NCBI GenBank assembly: GCA_965205655.1
Contig: CBDBIJ010000001.1
Coordinates: 1 to 20,527, forward strand
From: Candidatus Latescibacterota bacterium
Lineage (GTDB): Bacteria; Latescibacterota; UBA2968; UBA8231
Direction: 5' to 3'
Length of the DNA stretch: 20,527 nt
Shown: positions 1 through 7,776 of the stretch, piece by piece
How positions within the stretch are numbered: the stretch's first letter is position 1
Layout: every line of letters starts with the position of its first letter
Program-made: the position numbers and the translations under genes
Notes under the pieces: model-generated
Seen by the model: only the letters and a program-made list of their open reading frames with translations
The model's database searches: none
Told to the model about the DNA's origin: nothing

Positions 1-25
1 GACCGCCGAAGAAAAAGACAGTGGT

Positions 26-70
26 AGGTAAGGAGAATTGACAAGGTAATGGGAGGTAAGGAGAATTGAC
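26..70 (+). repeat. Perfect 17-bp direct repeat AGGTAAGGAGAATTGAC, two copies, 28-bp period
   Basis: Copies at 26-42 and 54-70; an extra AGGTAA lies at 44-49. Confidence 0.95.
38..66 (+). promoter_or_regulatory. Putative sigma70 promoter for the RHH-integrase operon
   Basis: TTGACA (38-43), 17-nt spacer, GAGAAT (61-66; 4/6 match to TATAAT, lacking the first T). Confidence 0.45.
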
Positions 71-71
71 C

Positions 72-260
72 ATGCAGAAGGTGATTCTGACGGCCCGAAT
101 TGACGGGGAGACCCATCGGGATCTGAAGGTGATCGCGGAGCGCGAGGACAGGAGCCTGAGCTACCTGCTCAGGAAAGCAACGGAGCAGTACGTGGAGCGG
201 CGAAGCGGCGCCGACGCAATCGAAAGGAACTCAGAAATCAACACTTCAAAGAGAGGTTGA
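72..260 (+). CDS. Ribbon-helix-helix (CopG/Arc-like) DNA-binding protein, 62 aa
   Basis: MQKVILTARIDGETHRDLKVIAEREDRSLSYLLRKATEQYV: alternating beta-strand, helix, RS-S-LL turn and second helix typical of RHH. TAAGGAG lies 8 nt before ATG 72. Confidence 0.85.
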   Translation: MQKVILTARIDGETHRDLKVIAEREDRSLSYLLRKATEQYVERRSGADAIERNSEINTSKRG

Positions 261-261
261 C

Positions 262-1369
262 ATGGGTGTCTACCGAAAAAACAGCGCATGGTGGATCGAT
301 TATTACTGCCAGAGTCGCAGATACCGCCAGAAGATCGGTTTCCGGCGAAAGGACGCCGAAGAGGCATTCTCTCGGATCAAGGTGCAGATCGCTGCAGGTG
401 AGTTCGTGCCACCGCAGGAGCGAAGGCGGCTGGAATCACTGGAGCGACACTCCGCCTTTCGGGACTTCGCGGTTGATGAATACTTGCCCTGGTCAGAGGT
501 CAACCACTCCCCCAACCACCATCGGTTGCAGGAGAGCATCATCAGGGTACAGCTGCTCCCCCATTTTGGTGAACGCTATCTCCAAGAGATCACCACCAAA
601 CATATCGAGGACTACGTCGCGCAGCGCCGCCGGGGAAGCTATCAAAAGGGGCGTCAGAAGCGTCCTGTAGCGCCTGGGACGGTCAATCGGGATCTGGCTT
701 GCCTGAAGGTACTCTTCCGGAAATCTGTGGAATGGGGGCATCTGGAGGCTTCCCCCACCGACCGCGTCAAGATGCTGAAGGAGATCCCGAACCCTCCGCG
801 TCTTCTTGAGCTTGAGGAAGTGGCCCGGCTTTTGGAAGAGATGCCTGACCACCAGAAAGCCCTGATTGCCACCGTCGCCCACGCTGGCCTCAGGCGGGAG
901 GAGCTATTCCATCTACAGTGGCACGATATCGATTGGAAGGCTGGCGAGCTGCATGTGGTGTCCCGTCAGGACCACCCCACTAAGAACAACGAGTCTCGCC
1001 GCATACCTAATGAACGACGCCTTGCAGGGAGCCCTGAAACGCCATCCAAGGCGTTTAGACAGCCATTACGTCTTCAGCAACGCCCAGGGCCAGCCCTACG
1101 ACAATATTCGCAAGAGCCTCTCCGGAACGGCTGAGAGAGCCCGCATCCAAGGGCGAGTAGGGCTGCATCAGCTACGACACGCCTTCTGCTCTCATGCGCT
1201 CATGAGCGCATGAGATCCTCGCACCGTACAGCGGTGGATGGGCCACAAGAGCCTGTCAACGACACTGAAATACGCCCACGTCTCGCCAGACCATGAGAAG
1301 GCTGCAATCCAGCGCCTTCAGTACGATCATAGTCACCATATGGACACCAAGTCCGCTGGCGCCTCGTAA
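262..1369 (+). pseudogene. int: Tyrosine recombinase / phage integrase, interrupted as written (about 368 codons when repaired)
   Basis: N-terminal arm-binding-like WWIDYY strand; SAM-like core (TVNRDLACLK); catalytic motifs AGLRREE, TKN, HQLRH, MGH and KYAH are all present. An extra A at 1009 shifts the frame (RRIP/MNDAL); in-frame TGA at 1211-1213 is followed by DPRTVQRWMGHKSLSTTLKYAH to TAA at 1367-1369. Confidence 0.88.
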
Positions 1370-1409
1370 AAAAAGCAGCTACGAAGGGCGTTGACCCAAG
1401 CGTAACTGC
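1368..1409 (-). terminator. Intrinsic terminator downstream of tRNA-Lys
   Basis: Arms GCAGCTACG (1375-1383) and CGTAACTGC (1401-1409) pair with one G-U on the minus strand, with inner GGG/CCC, followed by a 7-T run on the minus strand (A run 1368-1374). Confidence 0.65.
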
Positions 1410-1431
1410 CTGTCCTGTAGCAAGATGTTTT

Positions 1432-1507
<76 letters not shown>

Positions 1508-1643
1508 TCCACGCTGCCGGGCGGGACAAAATAGCCGTGCTCCCGATAGACACCGGAGGCGTCAAGATGAAGGGCGGTCGCGGAAATGTGCTAACCATAT
1601 GTAAAGTCTCCCCTTCTGACATCTCGCACCCGTTCCTCCAGGC

Positions 1644-1672
1644 TTGACATTCGAGGAGGGCTGACGTAAGAT
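1644..1672 (+). promoter_or_regulatory. Sigma70 promoter of the TPR-efp-accBC-gcvH operon
   Basis: TTGACA (1644-1649), 17 nt, TAAGAT (1667-1672), about 60 nt upstream of GTG 1734. Confidence 0.8.
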
Positions 1673-1733
1673 TGCGGCGACCTGATTTGCCGCTGATGTC
1701 CCTTCCGCAAGCCCGGCGGAACCGCTTTCCCCC

Positions 1734-3302
1734 GTGTTCGACACGCTCTCAAAACTCGAAAAAATCCGCCAACGGAATCCGGGTGTGCCGCTCTTTGCCC
1801 GGGTCGCAGAGGAGTGCCTCAAGCGGGGTAAGGTGAGCCGGGCACTCGAGTTGTCTCGAGAGGGTTGTTCTCAGTTCCCGAACTACTCGACTGGCTTTTT
1901 CGTCATGAGCAAGTGTCTTGAGGCCGAGGGTGAGCTGGAGGAGGCGCGCGCTGTTTTGGACAAGGCGCTCAGACTCGATCCGGACAATCCCGGCGGCTTC
2001 GTGAAGTTGTCCGACCTGTACTGCCAGCTGGGCGTGGACACCCTCGCGCTCAAGAGCATTGAGCACGCCGCCAGCCTCGATCCGTTCAATGCGAATCTCG
2101 CCCACCGGGTGGAACAGCTGTCTAAGGCCTCCGCCACCCCCGTTCCCGAACCCCCACCCAGCGGCGACCATGCTGAGCCGGCCTTGGAAAGTGACGGCCT
2201 CCTCGAAGAGGACGGCGGAACCGTAGGGGAGGCCGCCGCCCGGGTAGACGACGATCGCCTCGAGCGGGCAACCCAATCGCCTGAAGCACGAGATACCGAC
2301 GCCACGGATACATCAGCTGGCCCCGTTGAGGTCGAAGGGGTGTTCGAGTCCTCCTTTGATTCGGTAGTCGACGCCCAGATCGAGCTCGAGAGCGGGCCAA
2401 CCGAGTCGGAGACGTCGCCGTCTCGGTCAGATGACGCGGCGACGTCCGATACCGAGCTCGACACCGAACCCTTCGCCGCAGTCGAACCACTGCCCGAGTG
2501 GGAGGAGATGGAGCGGGTGGCGGACGAAGCGACTGCGCCGGAGGATCAAACGCCTCCCGTGCTTCCAGCAGGCGACGTGTCGAGCTCAGACGACGAGGTC
2601 GCAGCCCTGGGCGCCGAGCTGTTCGGGGACGAAGGGGCGGACACGGGGACCGGGAAGAGTGCCGACCGCCCGGATTCGCTTCCGGCGCGAGAAGAGGAGC
2701 TCACCGTTACCGAGCTCGATGGTGATGAAATTATCGGGCAAGCACCCGATGACGAGGAAATTATCGGAACCATCTTCGAAGACGATGAGCTAATCGGGGC
2801 GCTGCCGCAGCCCGACGAGGTTGTGGAAGAGCCGAGAGACGTCTCGGCGGCCGAGACGGCACCGCCGGCCGCGGAAAGTGAGCGGACGGATCCGGTGTCG
2901 ATAGAAGGAGAAGATTCTGCCGCTGCCGGTCTCGAGGAGGCCGCGCCGGTCGATGACGGCTTCGGGCAGGACAGTTCCCCGACCGTTCCGCCTCCACCTG
3001 AACCGGCGTCGCCCGTATCTCGATTGTCCGCTAGCGATGACGGCGAGCTCGTGGGCCTCTTCCGTGAAATCGAGCGCTGGCAGGAGGGCCCGCCCGCCGA
3101 GCCGGCGAATGGGCGCGACATCCAGACCTCCGGGACGTACGCTGCCGCGGAGGAGCCCGTCCCGACGGTTACGCTGGCCGAGCTCTACTCACAGCAGGGA
3201 TTCGCAGAGCGGGCTATGGTGACCTACAGACAGATACTCACCGTTCAGCCGGACAACGACGAAGTCAGGTCAAAACTGTCAACGCTGGAACGCAGCTGGT
3301 GA
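1734..3302 (+). CDS. TPR protein with a long acidic disordered linker and a C-terminal TPR-like helix pair
   Basis: N-terminal TPRs (LEEARAVLDKALRLDPDNP; SIEHAASLDPFN); ~330 aa of D/E/P/A-rich low complexity; C-terminal PTVTLAELYSQQGFAERAMVTYRQILTVQPDN. Confidence 0.85.
   Translation: MFDTLSKLEKIRQRNPGVPLFARVAEECLKRGKVSRALELSREGCSQFPNYSTGFFVMSKCLEAEGELEEARAVLDKALRLDPDNPGGFVKLSDLYCQLGVDTLALKSIEHAASLDPFNANLAHRVEQLSKASATPVPEPPPSGDHAEPALESDGLLEEDGGTVGEAAARVDDDRLERATQSPEARDTDATDTSAGPVEVEGVFESSFDSVVDAQIELESGPTESETSPSRSDDAATSDTELDTEPFAAVEPLPEWEEMERVADEATAPEDQTPPVLPAGDVSSSDDEVAALGAELFGDEGADTGTGKSADRPDSLPAREEELTVTELDGDEIIGQAPDDEEIIGTIFEDDELIGALPQPDEVVEEPRDVSAAETAPPAAESERTDPVSIEGEDSAAAGLEEAAPVDDGFGQDSSPTVPPPPEPASPVSRLSASDDGELVGLFREIERWQEGPPAEPANGRDIQTSGTYAAAEEPVPTVTLAELYSQQGFAERAMVTYRQILTVQPDNDEVRSKLSTLERSW
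2718..2807 (+). repeat. Three degenerate 30-bp (10-aa) coding repeats
   Basis: DGDEIIGQAP / DDEEIIGTIF / EDDELIGALP; GAAATTATCGG recurs at 30-bp spacing. Confidence 0.75.
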
Positions 3303-3343
3303 CTGTAGTGACAAAACGACGTGCCCAGAGAGGCTGCTAGTGC

Positions 3344-3901
3344 ATGGCTGATACCACTGACTTCAGGAACGGCTTCACCATGTCCCTCGAAGGCGGCATC
3401 TTTTCGATCGTCGAGTTTCAGCACGTCAAACCCGGGAAGGGTGGCGGCTTCGTGCGCACGAAGTTGAAAAACGTGGAAACTGGCTCCGTCATCGAACGCA
3501 CCTTTCGGTCGAGTGACAAGATCGAGGCGATTCGGGTCGAAAAACGGGAGATGCAATACCTCTACTCCGAGAGTGGCGCGTTCCACTTCATGGACCTCGA
3601 AACCTACGAACAAACCTCCGTCGACGGCGCTGTTATGGGTGATGCCCACACCTTCCTCAAGGAGAGCGATACCGCCCGTCTCTTGGTCGCCGAGGGAAGG
3701 ACGATCGGCGTTGAGCTGCCGAACTTCGTCGAGCTGTCGGTCGTCACAACCGACCCGGGCGTAAAGGGCGACACCGCCATGTCGGCGGTGAAGCCAGCGA
3801 CTCTGGAGACGGGTGCCGTCGTCTCCGTTCCCCTCTTCGTAAACCAGGGTGACACCCTCAAGGTCGATACCCGCACCCGTGAATACGTCGAGCGCGTCTG
3901 A
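3344..3901 (+). CDS. efp: Elongation factor P
   Basis: FQHVKPGKGGGFVRTKLKN, DPGVKGDTA, KPATLETG, VPLFV, VDTRT motifs; 185 aa. Confidence 0.98.
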   Translation: MADTTDFRNGFTMSLEGGIFSIVEFQHVKPGKGGGFVRTKLKNVETGSVIERTFRSSDKIEAIRVEKREMQYLYSESGAFHFMDLETYEQTSVDGAVMGDAHTFLKESDTARLLVAEGRTIGVELPNFVELSVVTTDPGVKGDTAMSAVKPATLETGAVVSVPLFVNQGDTLKVDTRTREYVERV

Positions 3902-3933
3902 GTAGGCGACACTGCCGGCTGAGGTCAAGATAC

Positions 3934-4402
3934 GTGAACGAGGCGAAGCTGCGAGAACTGATCGAGATTTTCAAAGAGAGCGGAGTGGACGAGCTCGAAT
4001 ACCAGGAGAGTTTCTGGCGCGGCGTCCGCGTGCGCCTCGGAAACAACCGTCAGCCGCCGACGGCCTCGGCCTCCCATATGTCCGCCGACGACCCTGCAGC
4101 TGCTGGAGACGGATCCGTTCACCTCTCCGCGGCCGATGATGCGGTGACCGAGGCGGCGGTCCTGCACACGATTTGCGCTCCCATGGTGGGCACGTTATAC
4201 ATGGCACCCGCACCGGAGTCCGAGCCCTTCGTTCGAACCGGAGACCGGGTGAGCTGCCGGCCAGACCCTGTGCATCATCGAAGCGATGAAAATCATGAAC
4301 GAGATCGAATCGGACGTGGATGGCGAGCTCGTTGAGATTCTCGCGGGCAATGCAGAGCCGGTCGAGTACAATCAGCCCATCATGAACGTGCGCCCCACCT
4401 GA
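3934..4402 (+). CDS. accB: Acetyl-CoA carboxylase biotin carboxyl carrier protein, with a +1 frameshift near 4252-4255 (probable sequence error)
   Basis: The first frame gives LRELIEIF..SGVDELE and ICAPMVGTLYMAPAPESEPFV; the next frame continues GQTLCIIEAMKIMNEIESDVDGELVEILAGNAEPVEYNQPIM to TGA 4400-4402. It lies between efp and accC. Confidence 0.93.
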
Positions 4403-4421
4403 ATGTGGTAGGAACCATTTC

Positions 4422-5780
4422 GTGTTCGGCAAGATCCTGATCGCCGACCGCGGGGAGATCGCCCTGCGGATCATCCGAACCTGCAAAGACCTTGGAATAG
4501 CCACGGTGGCCGTCTACTCTGAGGCGGACTCCCACGCCCTGCATGTTCTGGTGGCCGACGAAGATGTGTGCATCGGGCCTCCCCCAGGAGAGGCCAGCTA
4601 TCGCAACTTCGCCAACATCCTGAGTGCCGCCGAGCTGACGAACGCCGACGCCATTCACCCCGGTTACGGACCACTGGCGGAAAACGGTGACTTCGCCGAG
4701 CTGTGCACCACGTGCGGCATCAAGTTCATCGGCCCCTCGGTGGAGCTGTTCCGCACAATGGGCAGCAAGGCCGTGGCGCGCTCGAGCATGGAGAGTGCCG
4801 GGGTTCCCGTCATTCCCGGCAGCAAAGGCGAGGTCGAGTCCCTTGACGAGGCCGCGAGCTTCGCCCGCTCAGTCGGCTATCCGCTGCGCTTGAAGGCCGC
4901 TTCCGGGGGCGGGGGCCGCGGCATGCGGCTCGTGCGCGACGACGGCGAACTGGCGGAGGCCTGGCAGCTGGCCAAACTCGAAGCCGGTTCCGCCTTTACC
5001 AGTGACGCTCTCTACGTGGAGCGCTCCATCGAACGTGCCAGACATATCGAAATCCAGATCCTTGCCGACGAGCACGGAAATATTGTTCATCTGGGCGAGC
5101 GGGAGTGCTCGATCCAGCGCCGACATCAGAAGCTGCTGGAGGAGAGCCCGTCGCCGATCGTCGACGACGAACTGCGTCGCCGGCTTGGCGAGACGGCCGT
5201 AAACGGGGCCCGCGAGGTCGGCTACGCCAACGCCGGCACTGTCGAGTTTCTGGTGGACGACGCCGGAGACTTCTATTTTCTCGAAATGAACAAGAGAATC
5301 CAGGTCGAACATCCCGTCACGGAGATGGTCTGCGGCCTCGACATCGTGGCCGAGCAGATTCGCGTCGCCTCTGGCGAGCGACTAGGATTCGCTCAGGCTG
5401 ACGTGAGCCTTTCGGGCCACGCCATCGAGTGCCGCATAAACGCGGAGGACCCGGCAAAAAACTTCACTCCCTGCGCCGGCAAGATCGAGGCGCTCCATAT
5501 GCCGGGAGGACCCGGAGTGCGTATCGACAGCCACATTTACCAGGGTTGCACCATTCCCCCCTACTACGATTCCCTACTCGCCAAAGTGATTACCCACGGC
5601 GCGGACAGACGTGAGGCCACGGCCCGCATGAAGCGCGTCCTGCAGGAGTTCACCATCGAGGGTGTGGCCACGACCTTGCCCTTTCATCTTGACGTTCTCG
5701 ACGACCCGGATTTTGTCGAAGGTCGCTTCGACACTGAATACGTGAGCCGCAGCACCCTCGTCGAGACTGTGGTCGAGTGA
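4422..5780 (+). CDS. accC: Biotin carboxylase
   Basis: RGEIALRII, AIHPGYG, KAASGGGGRGMR, ERECSIQRRHQK, RIQVEHPVTE, ECRINAED, YYDSLLAK. Confidence 0.97.
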   Translation: MFGKILIADRGEIALRIIRTCKDLGIATVAVYSEADSHALHVLVADEDVCIGPPPGEASYRNFANILSAAELTNADAIHPGYGPLAENGDFAELCTTCGIKFIGPSVELFRTMGSKAVARSSMESAGVPVIPGSKGEVESLDEAASFARSVGYPLRLKAASGGGGRGMRLVRDDGELAEAWQLAKLEAGSAFTSDALYVERSIERARHIEIQILADEHGNIVHLGERECSIQRRHQKLLEESPSPIVDDELRRRLGETAVNGAREVGYANAGTVEFLVDDAGDFYFLEMNKRIQVEHPVTEMVCGLDIVAEQIRVASGERLGFAQADVSLSGHAIECRINAEDPAKNFTPCAGKIEALHMPGGPGVRIDSHIYQGCTIPPYYDSLLAKVITHGADRREATARMKRVLQEFTIEGVATTLPFHLDVLDDPDFVEGRFDTEYVSRSTLVETVVE

Positions 5781-5788
5781 AGCGAGAT

Positions 5789-6190
5789 ATGGCAGAGACT
5801 GAAGAACCGCAGATTCCCCAGGACCTCCACTACACCGAGGCGCACGAGTGGATGTCGCTCGACAGCGAGGTCGGCACGATCGGCATCACCCACTATGCGC
5901 AGTCGCAGTTGGGAGACATCGTGTTCGTCGAGTTACCGCTGGTGGGCGAGCTTCTGCAGAGAGGTCAGGCGTTCGGCACCGTGGAGGCCGTCAAGACGGT
6001 GGAGGAGCTCTACTGCCCGGTGGCCGGCGAGGTTGTGGAGATCAACGAGTCCCTCGAGGATCACGCCGACCAGGTCAACAGCGACCCGTACACAGCCGGC
6101 TGGATGATCAAAATCAGATTGGAGGACCGCTCCGAGTTGGAGCAACTGCTGAGTGCCGCGGACTATGCCGATTTCGTCAAAGGGGCATGA
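5789..6190 (+). CDS. gcvH: Glycine cleavage H protein / lipoyl carrier
   Basis: YTEAHEW, GITHYAQSQLGDIVFVELP, lipoyl-lysine VEAVKT, VNSDPYTAGWMIKI. Alternative GTG start at 5777. Confidence 0.96.
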   Translation: MAETEEPQIPQDLHYTEAHEWMSLDSEVGTIGITHYAQSQLGDIVFVELPLVGELLQRGQAFGTVEAVKTVEELYCPVAGEVVEINESLEDHADQVNSDPYTAGWMIKIRLEDRSELEQLLSAADYADFVKGA

Positions 6191-6294
6191 GCCCTGAAAG
6201 CGGTCCCTCGCCATCTCTCAAACCCGGTCTGGGACTTGACTTTATATCCAAGGCGTCAAAGTTTAGGTAGTTAGGCTGTCAAGGGACACTCGCT

Positions 6295-6801
6295 TTGGTA
6301 CTCAACGAAATAGTACTGGTTCTCAATCAGAACTACGAACCTCTCAACGTGTGTACGGTCCGTCGCGCCCTCATCCTCATCTTCAGGGGCAAGGCCGAGC
6401 GTGTCGAGACGGGCGAGGCCGTCGTGCGGACCATCTCGCTGGAGTTCCCCGCACCCAGCGTCGTTCGCCTCGAGCGCTACGTTCAGGCGCCGCGGCGGCG
6501 GGTCGTGTTGTCGAAGCGGAATATCCTCAAGCGCGACAACCACCAGTGCCAGTACTGCGGCAAGGCGGACCGAAAGATGACCATCGATCACGTCGTCCCG
6601 AAAAAGAGCCAGGGGCCCGAGTCATGGGAGAACCTGGTCGCCGCGTGCGTCTCCTGCAACGGCAGGAAGGGAGACGGGCGACCGGAGCAAGCCGGTCTCA
6701 GGCTCATTCGCAAGCCGCGGCGCCCCAACAATATTAGTTTCATCCGTAACTTTATCGGCGTCAGCGATCATCGCTGGAAGCCGTACCTGTTCAGCGATTG
6801 A
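6295..6801 (+). CDS. HNH endonuclease (McrA-like, Zn-binding)
   Basis: VLVLNQNYEPL N-terminus, PSVVRL, RDNHQCQYCG, TIDHVVP, SWENLVAACVSCNGRKG, WKPYL. Confidence 0.92.
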   Translation: MVLNEIVLVLNQNYEPLNVCTVRRALILIFRGKAERVETGEAVVRTISLEFPAPSVVRLERYVQAPRRRVVLSKRNILKRDNHQCQYCGKADRKMTIDHVVPKKSQGPESWENLVAACVSCNGRKGDGRPEQAGLRLIRKPRRPNNISFIRNFIGVSDHRWKPYLFSD

Positions 6802-6903
6802 GAGCGCGTTTCCCTGCTCAGGTGCCGGCATGTTCCGCTGGAACGTTCCGAGCACACGTCCCCGCCGCGCACCCGACCCTCCCCGGAAAGAGATTCGGCC
6901 GAC

Positions 6904-7764
6904 TTGCAGGACAGCTCTATAGGCGCGGGCGGTAGCGCCGACGACAGCGCCACCGCAGTTGGGGTGCGCGCGCATACCGGGGCAGACCCCTACGGCATAA
7001 GGCTCGAGGTCTTCGAGGGCCCCCTCGACCTGCTGCTCTATCTCATTCGGAAGAATGAAGTAGACATCTACGACATCCCCGTGGCCGTCATCACAGCCCA
7101 GTACCTCTCCTACCTGGGCCAGGCCAAGATGCTCGATCTAGAGCGTGCGGGTGACTTCATCCTCATGGCCGCGACGCTCATGCGGATCAAGTCCCAGATG
7201 TTGCTGCCGCGACTGGTGGAACCCGGCGAAGCGGAGGGAGAGGATCCGAGGCAGGAGCTCGTCAACCGCCTCCTCGAATACCAGCAGTTCAAGGAGATTG
7301 CAGAGTGGCTCGGCGAGCAGGGTCTCGAGTACCGCGACATCTTCCCCAGTAACGTTGCAGCCTCACCGGACGACAGCGCGGAGAGCGTTCACCCTGTCTC
7401 GCTTTTCGACCTTCTCAGCGCCTACAAACACATCCTGGACCACCTACCTGATGCGGTCATCCATCGAATTGTCGAGGAACCGATTTCGGTCGAGGAGTGC
7501 GTCGAGCTCGTGCTCGAGGAGCTGGATCGTCGCTCGCGGCTTCGCTTTTTCGGCCTCGTGGAGGGCAGGAGTAAACAGGCTCTGGTAGCCACCTTCGTGG
7601 GGGTCCTCGAGCTGCTGAAATCGCAGCGCATCCGGGTTCAGCAGGCCAGGCCGTTCGACGAGATATGGATAGAGAGCCTGCCACAGCCCGATCGCGGAGT
7701 CGGTGTCGAGGAGCTCGGCGATGGCGTCCGCGTCGCTGCCACGGGCGACCAGAATACGGAATAG
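6904..7764 (+). CDS. scpA: Segregation and condensation protein A (kleisin); start uncertain (TTG 6904 or GTG 6964)
   Basis: FEGPLDLLLYLIRKNEVDIYDIPV, FILMAATLMRIKSQMLLP, DPRQELVNRLLEYQQFK, ATFVGVLELLK. Confidence 0.96.
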   Translation: MQDSSIGAGGSADDSATAVGVRAHTGADPYGIRLEVFEGPLDLLLYLIRKNEVDIYDIPVAVITAQYLSYLGQAKMLDLERAGDFILMAATLMRIKSQMLLPRLVEPGEAEGEDPRQELVNRLLEYQQFKEIAEWLGEQGLEYRDIFPSNVAASPDDSAESVHPVSLFDLLSAYKHILDHLPDAVIHRIVEEPISVEECVELVLEELDRRSRLRFFGLVEGRSKQALVATFVGVLELLKSQRIRVQQARPFDEIWIESLPQPDRGVGVEELGDGVRVAATGDQNTE

Positions 7765-7776
7765 GAGGAGTTGGCA

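Larger units (their letters stand above)
1..1431. mobile_element. End of a tRNA-Lys-integrated genomic island/prophage (integration module); continues left of the window
   Basis: Tyrosine integrase ends 62 bp from the 3' CCA end of a tRNA gene and converges on it; small DNA-binding gene upstream; looks less GC-rich by eye than the core genes (not computed). The second att copy is not in the window. Confidence 0.75.

Noticed and set aside
26..70. CRISPR array
   Set aside because: Only two 17-bp copies with an 11-bp gap and no cas genes.
1006..1012. Programmed +1 frameshift in the integrase
   Set aside because: No recognised shift site or stimulatory element, and a second lesion downstream would still truncate the protein.
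1211..1213. TGA read as selenocysteine/Trp/Gly (recoding or alternative genetic code)
   Set aside because: TGA is the ordinary stop of many genes here (efp, accC, gcvH, rpsA, mutS), the position is not a Cys site, and no SECIS-like hairpin is evident.
1528..1565. Minus-strand tRNA promoter TTGACG...TATTTT
   Set aside because: The 26-nt spacing is incompatible with sigma70, so no promoter is called.
6815..6853. Short palindromes between HNH and scpA (TGCCGGCA, GTTCC-GCT-GGAAC, GGAACGTTCC)
   Set aside because: Short, expected by chance at this GC content, no T-tract and no resemblance to an RNA family I recognise.
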